Part shown: piece after piece, positions 1-13,510 of the stretch
Numbering within the stretch: the first letter of the stretch is position 1
Layout: each line of letters starts with the position of its first letter
Made by a program: the position numbers and the translations under genes
Assembly: GCF_039654945.1 (NCBI RefSeq)
Contig: NW_027361784.1
Span: forward strand, 31,124,001-31,188,000
Source of the DNA: Dendrobates tinctorius
Taxonomy: Eukaryota
Length of the DNA: 64,000 nt
Direction of reading: 5' to 3'
Notes under the pieces: model-generated
What the model was told of the DNA's origin: nothing
The model's input: the letters and a program-made list of their open reading frames with translations, nothing else
Databases searched by the model: none

Positions 1-2001
1 ATGATCCACAGTGTCGAATGCTGCAGAGAGATCCAAGAGAATTAGCATGGAGTAATGACCATTTGATTTAGCTGTTAGTAGATCATTAGAGACTTTAATG
101 AGGGCAGTTTCAGTAGAGTGTAAAGAGCGGAAATCGGATTGGAGAGGGTCAAGAAGAGAGTTATCAAAGAGATAGCGGATAAGACAGGAATGGACTAGGA
201 GTTCCAGGAGTTTAGAGATGAAGGGAAGATTAGAGACAGGTCTATATTTAGTGGCACAGTTTTGGTCGAGGGATGGTTTTTTAAGTATGATGGCATGCTT
301 AAATCAGGAGGGAAAGATACCAGAAGAGAGAGAGAAGTTAAATATTTTAGTTAGGTGAGGGGTGACAGCAGGGGAAAGGGACTGGAGGAGATGTGACAGA
401 AATGGGTCACTGGTGCAAGTGGTTGAGCGAGAAGATGCAAGGAGCCTGCTTACTTCTTCTTCTGTGACTGGTTCAAAATCAGAGAGTGAGCTAGATGGAG
501 TGGGGGAGGGAGGACAGTGCATGGTATGAGGTGATTGGGAGATAATTTCCTGTCGGATCTGGTCAATTTTTTCTTTGAAGTAATTGGCCAGATCGTCAGC
601 TCGGAGCTCCGTGGTTGCAGCCTGTACTCTTGGGTTGAGTAGAGAATGAAAAGTGTCAAAGAGACATTTAGGGTTATAGGACAGTGAGGTGATGAGGGTG
701 TTGAAATAGGTTTGTTTGGAGAGGTGAAGGGCAGTGTTGTATGTTCTAAGCATGAACTTATAATGGATGAAATCTTTGTGTAGATTGGATTTTCTCCACA
801 GACGTTCGGCGCACCTAGAGCACCGCTGCAGGAAACTTGTTTGCAGGGTGTGCCAGGGTTGTCGCCATCTCTGATGTGGTGTGCTCTTTATAGGGGGTGC
901 AAATTCATCCAGGGCACTTTGAAGTGTTTCATTGTAATGCTTCAATGCAGAATCAGGACAGGAGAGGGAGGAGATAGGGGCCAATGAAGACTGCAAGTTC
1001 TTCATAAGTTTCTGGGTGTTAATGGCCTGTATGTTTCTATAAGTCTGGACAGTGGGGGTGACCTGAGCAGGCTGACAGTTCTTGATAGAGAATGAAAGAA
1101 GATTGTGGTCAGAGAGCGGGAGAGGGGAGTTTGCAAAATCATCCACTGCACAAAGCCGAGAGAAGACCAAGTTGATGGAGTTTCCGTCTTCATGTGTTGG
1201 AGAATTAGTAAGCTGCGAAAGGCCAAATGAGGAGGTTAGAGATAAAAGGTGAGTAGCAGATGGTGAGAGGGGAAGAGCAATGGGGATGTTGAAATCTCCC
1301 ATGATGAGGGTAAAGATGTCACAGGAAAGAAAATGTGGAAGCCAAGTGGCAAAATGATCCAGGAACTGTTGACAAGGGCTGGGAGGACGATACAGCACCG
1401 CCACTCGCATGGAGAAGAGGGTGTAGAGTCTGACGGCATGGACCTCAAAAGAAGGGAAGACTAGTGAGGGTAGTTGAGGGATAACCTGAAAGGTACATTT
1501 TGGTGATAGGAGCAGACCAACGCCTCCACCTACTCAATTGTCTGATCTTGGGGTATGAGAGAAGTGTAGTCCCCCGTATGAAAGAGCAGCAGCAGCGGTA
1601 GTGTCTGACTGCTGGATCCAGGTTTCAGTAAGAGCCAGGAGGTTAAGAGACTTAGAAAGGAAAAAGTCATGAGTGAAGGAGAGTTTGTTACACACCGAGC
1701 GAGAATTCCAAAGTGCACAATTAAGAGAGACAGATGGCATGCAGGGAATATTAATAAGATTAGAGGGGTTTCTGAGTGTAGCAGTTGGGGGGTTTGACTT
1801 TCTGTAACATGGGGGACCAGGGTTGGGAGCAATGTCTCCTGCGACTAGGAGAAGGAGGAAAGAAAGAGTGAGTAGATGGTTAAGTGATTTGTGAGAGCAT
1901 CTCTTATGTTGAATGGTGGGACTGACTGGATCTGTGCAATTTAACAATGTGAAAAGAGCGCGAGTGCTATACATAGGAGAGGAAAGGAGTGAGGGGCCCA
2001 A
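1..2001 (-). pseudogene. L2-clade LINE ORF2, 5' part (2A-like leader, APE endonuclease, start of reverse transcriptase); continues beyond the left window edge
   Basis: ORFs 1534-2001 and 304-1410 plus 1-303 are in one frame, broken by two TGA stops (1534-1536, 304-306). APE motifs: LWNSRS, LALTETW, MGDFN, SDHNLL. RT motifs: [38 protein letters not shown]. Confidence 0.93.
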
Positions 2002-2167
2002 TATGGATGGAGTGTAGAGAGTTAATGCCAGGGCAGTGGATGTGTGTGAATGCAGCGGCCAGGATATAAATTACACAAATGCATATGGTATATATTTGTT
2101 GCACTCCAAATGTACAGGGAGTAGATGTATATAAATGTCTTACCTGTCTCCTGCCCTGTCTAACTGT

Positions 2168-2693
2168 CATGTTATAACTGCCTCGTACTTTGATACATGT
2201 ACTTCGATTACATGTGCATAAATGCCCCCCTGCATAAATGCTCCCCCAAACTATGTCTGAATATATAGGAGGCTAAGGCTTAGATTTTTTTTTTGCTTTT
2301 TCTCTTCTCGTTAATCAATCAAACTAAATTGAGACAGCAGGAGCCAATAAATGTTGTGGTCAGATAAACAGATGTCCAGCACTACATAGATCATAAAGCA
2401 CTTTGAAAAGTTTCTTGACCTCACAATATAAGGGGACAAGAAGAGTAAGTTGAAATAACTATATATCAGATATAAGCTTGCATAGTTGAAGACACATATA
2501 AAGCTTTCAGGATTAATTGCTGGCTGACATTGAATGAAGTGGAGAAACACAGGAGTTGATTCAGAGCAGAGATTGAAAGAGCTGGTTTCCTGTATGAAGA
2601 GAATAAAGATGCGTGTCACATTCATCCATGTTATGACTGCCTCGTACTTTGATACATGTACTTCGATTACATGTGCATGAATGCCCCCTGCAT
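2168..2693 (-). repeat. ~67-bp direct repeat pair (2168-2235, 2627-2693) in the putative L2 5' leader
   Basis: catgttat(a/g)actgcctcgtactttgatacatgtacttcgattacatgtgcat..aatgccccc(c)tgcat is present twice. Confidence 0.8.
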
Positions 2694-5600
2694 TCCCTTC
2701 CCATCCTCGTCCATTCTTTTTCCTAAAAAATGGAATATCCCTTTATAGAATATTCCCAATCCTTTTAGCAAGTTCTCAAACAGCCTTTCGGTTGACAGCT
2801 ATTCTTTACGATATATAACCCTCCTATATACACAAGACCGAGCATGCATGTGGTCTCTATAAGAAGAATGAAAAATAGAGGATTGGGCATGCTAAAATCC
2901 AACATGTCCAACCTTTTTTTTTTTACCCTCAATAAGGGAGATCTGGAGGAATCCCATATACTTTAGAAATGAGCGAGTTCGGTTGACATTCCTATATTGT
3001 GTCAGTAACTTTTAATAATATACACTATATATACAGTATATAAATAGCTTAAAAACATGTGACATGCACATGTGTGAACAAGTCGGTATATAAATAGCAC
3101 CTATGTAGATGCGTTTCTATAATAACAGACTACAAAAGAATCCTGTGTAGTCTGATTGTGCATTCACTCAATGTTCCATATCATGTCCCCCTGTTACTAA
3201 CCTACAGATAATAAACAAGTGACAGATTGGGCAAATTTACTATCCCATATCCATCTTTTGTATCTAGTTTTGTAAATTATAAAACAGTGGTGCTGGAAAC
3301 CAGATGCAGATTATCAAAAAGGGGGTGTGGCTTAAAGTGGAAGAAGGAGGGGCCTTAAATACACCAAGTTGTACCAGATTTTGGCACAAAAAATGGTTTA
3401 ACTGGGTTATGCAGATCTATGATATTGATTAAATACCCTTAAAGTGTCAAATGATAAATTCCTCTACGGTTGGTGGGTGAACCATTGAAAAATCCCCGGG
3501 CTTTCTGATTATATTGCCTACTGTTGGGAATGCCCTAACCACTACCTGTGTGCTGGTAGCATAAAAACTAAAGTACTAATAAAAATACATTTTGTAAAAT
3601 AAAAAAAGTCATAAAATGGTTAAAATAAAAAAGGCAAAAATAAATAAATAAATAAATAATTAAATATAAAGATGGGCCTGTTCTTCAAAGGGTTAATTTG
3701 TGTCCACGCAGAAGAACAGTGAAGCAATAATTACTTCCAAAATGATTATTTACTGAGCTACAGTATATTCAGCTGTTTTCAGGGACAAAAGCGATTACGG
3801 CCTCGTTACCAAATGCGAAGAGGATTTTCATAATTTAAGTCAAACACGACGGAAAATAGAATACACAAGTGCTGCTGACTTTCCTGCAACTTGGGGTGAA
3901 AACTTGAAACAGATGCATGTCGGATCAGTGCAAGGAGGGTTGAGAACTGCGTGGCGGGAGACAGAACCCGATCTGTATCCTATGTTCCTATATGAGGAGT
4001 CGTTAATTAATTTAAAGGATGTTTCTAGTTTGAACTACTTCACCATGGCTCCGCTAATCGCCATATATTAATAACTGTATTTCTCAAAAATATCCCTCTA
4101 GGCTGTTTCTCTCCTGTCTAGAGGCATGAAAGAGAGGTGGGCTTTCAGTATAGGACAGGATAGCCATTGGGACAATGACAAGAGACATACATCGAGGGAA
4201 GAAAGGAAGAAAAGAAGTACTTAAAGTTCTGGCAAAATGATGCCAGGGAAGGAAAGGATCAGCACCTATAGTAATGGTAGAATGCTGCTTGGAAAGGAAG
4301 TTACAGAACTTATAGTGCTGGTAGAATACTGCTAGGAAAGAAAGATCCAGCACCTATTGTGATGGCAGAATGTTAAAGAAAATTAAGTGCCTAATTAATA
4401 TGAGTAGAGCGTAAGAATTGGGACACTCTCTGGATTTAAGAGTAGTTTTATGTTGTTGCAGGGAGTGAGGGCAACAAAATCATGTTTTTTTCTATAGATA
4501 TATGTAAGAAAGTACAGGTTTTATGTAATACTAAAGAGATATCTACAACCTGACCTACCTGAAATAGCAGTACTAATCAAAAGAAGAGGCCAAAAAGGAT
4601 GCCAATCAACTCCTAACCAAGCTCCACCGCCATAGGGAATCGCAACTTTGACATCAAACCACCACTTTCCAGGCCAAAGCAATGGAATGTGCATGAGTGG
4701 CATTTACCTCTGTCACAATACTTACACAGTATTTGAGTAGTATAAGTTAATAATGCTTGATCGATGAGCGTCAAACCTCCTTGACCCCCCCCCACAAATC
4801 ATTGGTGATCAAACCTTTACCAATCAGTACAATGAAGAAGCTGCTATGTTTCCTTGAGGACTTCACCAATTCATGGTGTATATAGGCACTGTGGGATGGC
4901 ATTACTTGAACTGGATGTGCGGCAGTATCGGGAAGAGCCACCCATACATATAAGCCACTGTGGCCCTTCATTGAGCTTTGTGTCCCCAAGGTTGGACGTT
5001 CACTGATGAAAAATTGAAAATTTATCCTAAGGTTGGACCATCAATGTTAAAACGCTGAAGAAACCCTTAAAGATGACATTGCCAAGTTGCTATGCTAGCA
5101 AAGAAGTTGTGACACGTTCTCATTTACACTTTTGGATGTTTTTCCTGGCAAAACGAAGACTGAGCTTAAAAAAACACGGCCCTGAACAATTTTTTTCTGT
5201 TGACTCCATTTTTTTTGTCCACAATCTGTTCCATCAGAATCATTGTATTGTAGATAGTTGTTACGTAATACTAATTACCAGGCTGACCGCTTGTAAATAC
5301 AGAAAATCTGACAATGAAATGCATCTGACCGGCTCTTCCAGGTTCTATCTCTCTTTTTGTCATCTCCAATCAAACAAATTACTGATCATAATCAAAGAAT
5401 GTTGGAAGTTTGCCATCTTCACATCCTCGAGGAAACACGCTTCCCCTAGGCTATTGCTTATTTTGCAATATTGCATCAGCTTTTGCTAGTTGGGTTTGGT
5501 TTTTCTTTCATGTCCCGAGGGTAGGGAATGAGATGCTCATGTAGGAGTGTATAAACAAAATGAGGGTCCTTATTGGGGCTGGTTTTTCCCTCCATATCTC

Positions 5601-5886
5601 CGAACTTGGGACTTCATTGCCTTCTCCATCATCTTTCTAGTAGAGTAGGAGGTATATGCCAACATTGAGGTGTTAGAGGAGAGAGAATTCCTATGTAAGC
5701 TCACATGGCCCACTGGATGGAGAAGAGGGAGAGGGCCAACTTTGTAGATAAAGACATGAATGCCATAATTGTCTGATTGGTGGGGTTTTATGGCCAAGAA
5801 TTCTGAATGGCATTGTGATTCATTTCCTAGCCTAGTCAAGGTAAATGCTCTGTCGCCCCTTTGATCTGGACTCATTGAAGGTCTGA

Positions 5887-6088
5887 CTAGAGATTGGCTG
5901 GTCAGTTCGAGGAACTCCGGACCAGCATCCAGGTCAGTGGTACCTGGCAGCACATTGACAGATGACATGGCACAATCCCCTTCCGTGTCGCCAGAATGTA
6001 AGAAATTTGTGACCTTCCGTCTAGCTGCCATGTACCACTGACCTGGACACTGAACCAGAGTCCCTCAAATCAATCCGGTCATCTCTAA
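5887..6088. mobile_element. Decayed palindromic MITE (hAT-like TAGAGAT ends)
   Basis: Termini tagagattg / catctcta; inner inverted arms tccaggtcagtggtac / gtaccactgacctgga. Confidence 0.55.
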
Positions 6089-6374
6089 GTCTGCCAGTTG
6101 GTGAAAACAAAACCCAACTCATCCGACAGTAAATTTTGTACCAAGCCACCAACCATGAGACAGTGATGCTATCTTTCAGTGGCAGGCCTTGCACCACGGT
6201 GGGCCTCCTCCAAGACTTTTTATGGTAACACCCACCCGACTTCAGTTTTTACACTCCTGGGTCCGGCCACTAATTTGTCATAAATTATATTAATGGATAA
6301 ATCCCCAGATAACCTCAATCCTTCAAATTGCAATCTCTAGGCATATGGCTCTACTCACTTCAGTCTCGTGAGTG

Positions 6375-6408
6375 CTGATGAGGGCCAAAAGGTGGAAACA
6401 GGCCTGTC
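6375..6408 (+). ncRNA. Minimal type I hammerhead ribozyme-like motif (probably decayed)
   Basis: CTGATGA-gggccaaaaggtg-GAAAC-aggcct-GTC: both conserved core boxes, a palindromic stem III and a GUC cleavage triplet. Stem II is imperfect. Confidence 0.6.
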
Positions 6409-6694
6409 TATAGATGGGAATCTAAAATGTCTAGTTGAGCAAAAAAAATTTGCAGACCCTGGTCCATAAGTCACATTAGTAGCAATGTGAACCTCCGGCT
6501 ACTTACAACAACCCTGGTACCTCTTCTGATTAGTAGACCTAACAATATCATTACATTACACATACTTGATGACTTTCTAATCAGATGAAGATGCCACAGT
6601 TAGTACGACGTTCGGAGAAGCCATGGATGGACAGGTCCTGTGAATCTATTTGCTCCACTCTAGTATTTAGTTATTTTAGATTCCCATCTACAGA

Positions 6695-6728
6695 GACAGG
6701 CCTGTTTCCACCTTTTGCACCTCATCAG
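6695..6728 (-). ncRNA. Second hammerhead-like motif, inverted relative to the first
   Basis: The minus strand reads CTGATGA-ggtgcaaaaggtg-GAAAC-aggcct-GTC. It lies in a ~78-bp inverted repeat (about 6352-6428 vs 6673-6750). Confidence 0.55.
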
Positions 6729-7296
6729 TGCACACGAGACAGAAGTGAGAAGAGTCACTGGCATAAGGATTCAATTTCCAAGATTGTTTTCTGGAGCTAC
6801 TGTATATCTTCTGAGTTCAATTATGGTGTATTGATGGTCGTACCCAGGACTGTAATAATCACAGTCATAAAGTGTGCAACCATGACCGGACCCAAAGGGG
6901 ACCCACAGTGGATCCTCAGTGGCACAAGGTCACCCACTAAAAACAGCAGTGCTATCTTGCTCAACTCTCGCTTGTATGTTTGGTGGCTCGGTCCACAGTT
7001 TACTCTCAGATCAGTTTTGCACTAATTACACCATGGACTACCGACATTCCCACTAGACCAAAGTCCTTTGAATCTTTTTGCTCACTTCTACTAAATGCTC
7101 AAATTAATTTCAACTCCAAAGTACAATGGGACGAATTAAGCCTGTATGCTAGTAAATGGTGTTGGGGTGGGCGATTGCTGCTGATTATTGACTACTCAGA
7201 ATATAAAAAAAAAATATTTGCCTGCTTTGGCGGCACACAAGTCCCTTCAACAGTGGTAGATCAGCTCATTGCACTTCGGGTGAAAGTTTCCGTGCT

Positions 7297-7596
7297 CACT
7301 AGTGAAGCGCAAACGACGTGCTGGGATAAGGTGTTATCTGACCATGCTCAAGTGCTAACTGAGTGTTTTCAGCGTGTTCGAAAAATATGTTTGAGTCCTT
7401 ACAGCTGCATGTCTCGCAGATCATTGACAGCCTCAACACATGAGGGATTGTCTGTTTGTTAGACAATCCCTGCATGTGTTGCGGCTGTCGAACAGCCGTA
7501 AGGACTCAAACATATTTTTCGAACATGCCGAAAACACTCAGCACCTGAGCCCACTCGGATAACACCATATCCGAGCACGTTCGCTCATCACTAGTG
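7297..7596. mobile_element. Palindromic MITE (TAGTGATGAGCGA-type, hAT-like)
   Basis: Left end ctagtgaagcg..cgtgctgggataaggtgttatc and right end gataacaccatatccgagcacgttcgctcatcactag are inverted; internal arms are also inverted. Confidence 0.7.
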
Positions 7597-10564
7597 GTTA
7601 CAATATAGGTGATAGTTTAGTAAACATGATGACAGTTCTGGGAAATGCTCCTCCATTAAGCCGCTCATCAGTGTGGTCTGTGACCTTTACAGAGGTGCCG
7701 GGTCCTGTTAATGAGTGATGGTGTACATCTGCTGCCACTTGGCTTTGTCATAGTAGGATTGCAGTAAGTTTGCTCATTCATACAAATGGCTAAAAAAAAA
7801 AAATTCACTTTGAAAGACAGTGTAAATTATCAGTATATCATGAGCGAGTCGGACTCGGTAGGAGGGTAGTGGTGGTCAGCAATAATTAAAGGTCTGCATA
7901 GGAAGACTGGACATTCTCACTGTATACCCTCATGGCTGTGTCTGTACATGTGCGATGATAAAGAGGATGTGGCTACCAAACCACATGTCATGCCACGCAA
8001 CCAATATTGGGCCAAAGTGATGCCGTCATCATGGTGGCTGCTTTATGCTTCGATGTTACTATTCAAAAGAGGGGTGAAAAGCCAGGGAGGTTCTCCTATG
8101 CAGTGAACGTGACCAATAGCTGTAGTGCCAAAGCCAAAATTACATGGCAAAAATAATCATGGTACATGCATGACTCAAGGGTAGCATGAAAATTAGGAAG
8201 CAGCCACCCTATAAGTCAAGGCTGACCATTTCTCGAGCCCTGTAACGAGCTGTTTGAGAATTCTTGGCCCTCATAATTGCAGAGGAGGGTCCGTGCTGGT
8301 TGGTTGGGTGATAGGTCTTTCAAGTGGGTGCAGGGGGTAATGATTTTGTCAGCTGGCATAGGAAGCAGATGGATGTCTCGTTCTTTGTTTCTTTTGTCTG
8401 GTTGCAAAGTTTGTTAAAGGCTCAGGTATTAATTTACTGGGTAGCTGCTAATGAAGAGAGAGCCCAGCAAGATTCTTATGTGGAAGACTCACTCAAATTT
8501 GGCCAGGAGATTCGAGTCGATGCAAAATGAATGGACATTATTATGACCTCGGAGCACCAGGCCTTCACCTCTTCAGCAACACAGCCTTTTTTGTGTTCGA
8601 TCATCTTCTTCTGTCTGCAATCTGCACTGGGACATTTTGAGCATCTTCCGACTCCTTTGATGTCTTGTCTTAGTATTGGGTGCGTTGAACAATGAACGTC
8701 AAGACATCATGGCCTATTTAGTGCAGTAGACGCCAAAGATTCTGGGCACTCGAAGATGCATAAGATGGCCTAATGAAGACCATATGACCAAAGAAGACAA
8801 CTGTACCATGGTGGAAGATAAGATTTTTGAGAACGAAATGACAGAAAAATTGAGATCCTGGAGTTTTGAAGTGATTCACTCATTTCGAAAACCTACTTGT
8901 GGGTGGCACCAGATAGAGATTTACTTTCTTCTATAGGAGAGCTGATTTGCATGTCTTTATTCTCAGAGAGCATTGCATGCCCTGTATATCTTCTTAAACC
9001 TGTTGGTGGTGTGCACAGGCAAAGCAGTACCCCTTAGCAGACATATGCGGGATCACTTCCTCTTTAGAGGTGGAGACATAAAGGTTAGGGAATCAATAAG
9101 CAGCTAGTGCTCTAAGAGGGACAAGTACAGTGGCCATTACGGTCCCATAGAGGCCAAAAATAAAAAAGATACCTGTATCTCGGAGCCTCCATGTCTGTAA
9201 ACCCTCACCTTTATGGACATGAATTTTCTTGTTGTGACCCAACTTAGCATTTGACAGGCCCATATTTCACATAAAGAGGAAAACAGCTGTTTCAAATGAC
9301 CGGGTGCATAAATCTCAAGCACCTAGACCTGCTGTTAGTAAAATCTCTGCACGTTTCATGTTTACCCAGAGGTCATTTCTCCTGGTCAGACAGGTTATCA
9401 GAAGAATCCCCGGCCTTGCCCTCTCGACCTCTCCATGGCTCAAGTAGCTGCAGTAAATTCTTGTTGAGGATGATATTTGCAGCAGTTGCTCGGGGAGGAC
9501 ATTACTGCTTCTGTGACACATTACCTATAACTATTTCAGGATATTATGTCTCTAATGCAGGTTACTAACTAACGAAGCGCAAATAAGTGATAACCCATAG
9601 TAAACAATTAGCTGTAAGCCTTCACCTGTCAGTGGGGTGGGCCGCGGTATAGGGACTGATAGTAATGGCTGCCTGGTGCTTTGCACAGTAGCTGGTAATG
9701 AAGGGGGGGGTAAAATGATCAAAATTCATTATAACATGCTGGAACTATTATTAAAAAAAATGGCACATGAATGTTGTGTAAAATGAAAAATGTAAAATGA
9801 AAAATGCTCTTTATTTTTATCTTATACCTTTTTTCAATCTTCACTGCAAAACATTGTTCCCACTAAAATGTAGCAAAAATTTGTGAACAAAGTTAAATTG
9901 ACTCTAGGGGGACAGGAAAAGTTGTGACTTTTTATAAAAAGTCGATGAGCGAATTAATGAATCTGCCATTGACATCTGGAAAAAAATGAACATAGAAAAA
10001 AGCGCCTTGCTCATATAAATTAGACATATAGGAGAGAAATTGTAATCCGGCTCCATGGGAAAATTAAAAATCCAATTTTAATTCAGAAAAATTCCATCAA
10101 AAAGGGTGAGATTAAGAGAGGGATTTAGATAATATTAAATATTAATATTAACGTGATTAAACCTCACGCGTCTCATACTATGACTTGTCCTTACTCATTA
10201 AAATAGACTGTGAAAAAGACGCAAATTAAAATAAGAAAAAGGAGCAAATAAAAAACAGGCAAAAAAAAAAAATAGAGGGAAAAAAAGGTACAAATGCACT
10301 AATGTATCGGACCTTATGATTCAACTCAATTTCAAGATCTCTGCTTGGAATGATCATACTTATATCCAGAGAACACAGGGCCCTGAGCAAGAGTGAATCT
10401 AAAACCCAAAGGACCCGATTCATTATCGCAATCCAGATGTTTGTGGACTATTCACTTTCTGAAACCTTTTAAAAAGTTGTATTTTTTTTGTACAGCAGAG
10501 TTTAACGGATCGCGCAACTTTTTACTCTAAGAAAAGTGCAAAAAAGTAAAAAAAAACAAAGATA

Positions 10565-10902
10565 GGCCGGTTTCACATTTGCGTGTCAGGGTGCAGCGAC
10601 GGCCTGCGCATCCCGCCGCTAAACCCCGCCCCCTGCCGCGCCTCCACCGGTAGCTCTGCCTACCGGCGCATGACGCTGCATGCGTTCTGCGTCCCCTATC
10701 TTTATTACTGGGGATGCAGGCTGTGCGCAGTATGCGTTTGGCAGCGCATGCGTCCTTTTGACGGTGCGCCAAGCACAACCAAATTGTAACAGGTTGCGTT
10801 TGGCGCTGGTTGGCGCACAGTCAAAATGACGCATGACGCATGCGCCGGTAGGCAGAGCTACCGGAGGAGGCTGCGCCCTGACACGCAAATGTGAAACCGG
10901 CC
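10565..10902. mobile_element. PIF/Harbinger-like MITE
   Basis: ~33-bp TIRs ggccggtttcacatttgcgtgtcaggg(t/c)gcagc; ATA on both flanks; CpG-rich interior. Confidence 0.8.
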
Positions 10903-12081
10903 ATAATGAGCATTTTTGATTTTGTGCAAAACTCATGAACCCGAATTTTGAAGAAAAAGCAGCAATGAATTCCATAAGGCAAAAAAGCAAAGTAACTTTA
11001 AACCGACCCCCCCAAAAAATGCAACTAATGGGGCTCATGGTACTTTATATTATATGGTTGCTGACCTTTCCAAGTGCTCAAAATTAGGATCAAGTCACAT
11101 TTTCTCATAATTCAGTCCTTTGTTTTGCATTTACAGTATTTTTGCACTTTGCGCTGGATTGGATCTTTAGAAAAAAATCTCTATTTTTTTATTGTTTTTT
11201 TTTTTTTTTGCAGGCTACCGAGAAAAAAACACGGCCGTCATAGACTATAACAGATACTAGTTCTATCCATGAGAAACACAGAGAGAACTTGCACGTAAAA
11301 AACGGACGTCTGAATGAGGCCCTGTAAGGAATTGACACAGATCTTCGGTCTAGATTGGTGCCTTTGGGGGAAACTCGACTCAGTTCTGAAACAAAGTTCT
11401 AGACTGGATGCAATTGTAGCAAACCCTCAGCTGTGAGAAGTATTAGGTCTGAACTGGTTTACAGTTTCTGCATGTTAAAAAAGAAGATGCAGAGATGTTG
11501 AAAACAATGAAAAAAAATATTAGCAAATATTCTAAAGCTTTTCTTTTTTGCAGTTTTTCAGTCCGCAGTTTCTTGTGGATACAGGTCACGGTTATTGCTG
11601 AGTTGGCGCTTTTCCCTTTGTTCATGGGACTTTGCGTAAGAGTTGTACAAACGATAGCACTTGAGGCCCACGGTCCTAATCTACACCCTGCACAAAGGAC
11701 TATTACCAGGAGATCATAAAACACTGGCAGAAGGAAGGCTGTTATTGAGCAATAGGGCCCGGGGCCCGACAGGGGCTGAGGACAGATAACATGATCTTCA
11801 AAAGCAGCAGGTGTGTATCAGCGAGTCCCAACTTTCCTTTATCTATGAGATGGAGACAGTCAGCAGATCGGGATGAGCCCGCCGACTGGCCCCCAACTAC
11901 CGCAGACCACAGAGGGCACAACAAAATCACAGAATATATACTGTATATGTATAAAACATGACTGGTACACAGCGACAAAGATGACAGATCTGACCACAAG
12001 CGATCCTCAGTTCATTGTGTCATGAAAAGTTCTAAAACTTTCCAAAAGACTTTAGGCCCAAGTTGTCATTCGTGATGGTTT

Positions 12082-12153
12082 CATAGAATCATAGAATCAT
12101 AGAATCGTAGAGTTGGAAGGGACCTCCTGGGCCATCTGGTCCAACCCCCTGCT
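12082..12153 (-). mobile_element. CR1 LINE extreme 3' end
   Basis: Minus strand: gggggttggaccagatggcccaggaggtcccttccaactctacgattctatgattctatgattctatga, the CR1 3' hairpin region plus (ATTCTATG)n tail. Confidence 0.85.
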
Positions 12154-12339
12154 GTTTCTTCTAAGTCACTTTTCTTTTTGTGTCTTGTGTTATTCGCTGT
12201 GCTAGGACTCACACAGGTTTATGAATTCTGCTGAAAATCAAAAATGCTTTTCTTTTTCTTTTACCGTTTTGTACCTTTTTGAACCAAAAAAAATGTCAGC
12301 TTTAAAATGTTTCTAAAGTACGATAATGTGGGACATCAA

Positions 12340-13510
12340 ATTGTGTAGGGAGCTGTGGGGGCTATCATACTGTGTGAGGGAGCAGTGAGGGGTCCATCAT
12401 GCTCTATAGGATACTGCGGGGGCTATCCTACTGTGTGAGGGAGCAGTGAGGGGTCCATCATGCTCTATAGGATACTGCGGGGGCTATCCTACTGTGTGAG
12501 GGAGCTATGGGGATCCATGAAACTGGGGGAGCGGTGAGGGCCATAATACTGTGTGAGGGAGCAGTGAGGGGTCCATCATACTCTATAGGATACTGCGGGG
12601 GCTATCATACTGTGTGAGGGAGCAGTGAGGGGTCCATCATACTCTATAGGATACTGCGGGGGCTATCATACTGTGTGAGGGAGCAGTGAGGGGTCCATCA
12701 TGCTCTATAGGATACTGCGGGGGCTATCCTACTGTGTGAGGGAGCTATGGGGATCCATGAAACTGGGGGAGGGAGCGGTGAGGGCCATAGTACTGTGTGA
12801 GGGAGCTGTGGGGGTCTATTATCACACTGTCTCAGATAGCTGTGGGGGCCATAATACTGTGTGAGGGAGCAGTGAGGGGTCCATCATACTGTATGAGGGA
12901 GCTGTGGGGGTCCATCATACTCTATAGGATTCAGTGGGGGCCATAATACTGTGTGAGGGAGCAGTGAGGGGTCCATCATGCTCTATAGGATACTGCGGGG
13001 GCTATCCTACTGTGTGAGGGAGCAGTGAGGGGTCCATCATACTGTATGAGGGAGCTGTGGGGGCCATTTTACTGTGTGGGGGGACCTGTAGCGGTCCATC
13101 ATACTGTACAGGGAGCTGTGGGGGTCCATCATACTCTATAGGATACTGTGGGGGCCATTATACTGTGTGAGGGAGCTGTGGGGGCCATTATTCTGTGTGA
13201 GGGATCCATGGGGTCCATCATACTGTATAGGATGCTGAAGGGGTCATCATACTGTGTGAGAGTGCTGTGGCGGCAATCATATTCTATGGGTTGTTGTTGT
13301 GGGGCAATCATAAATGGTGTTGGGGCTGTTGGTGCCATTATATTGTATGGGGACCTGTGGGACTCTCGCACTGTGTGAGGCTTTTTCTGGGGTCATCATA
13401 CTGTGTTTAAGACGTACTGTGGGAGCGAATTGTGGGGCTGGGTTCACTGTGGATATGATACTGTGTGGGGGGGCATCTTTTCAGAGCGTGATACTCTATG
13501 GGAGCTATGG
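12340..13510. repeat. Minisatellite, ~28-29 bp unit (gggggccatcatactgtgtgagggagctgt) with a ~57-bp higher-order dimer
   Basis: Directly visible tandem array that decays towards the right. Confidence 0.92.

Noticed and set aside
4500-5490. Short ORFs with Cys clusters, considered as a host exon, ERV env or GIY-YIG relic
   Set aside because: I found no recognisable motif series or splice structure and cannot support a call without a homology search.
10160-10200. Possible further PLE hammerhead relic (acgcgtctc..ttactcatt, minus strand)
   Set aside because: Both core boxes are too degenerate to support a call.
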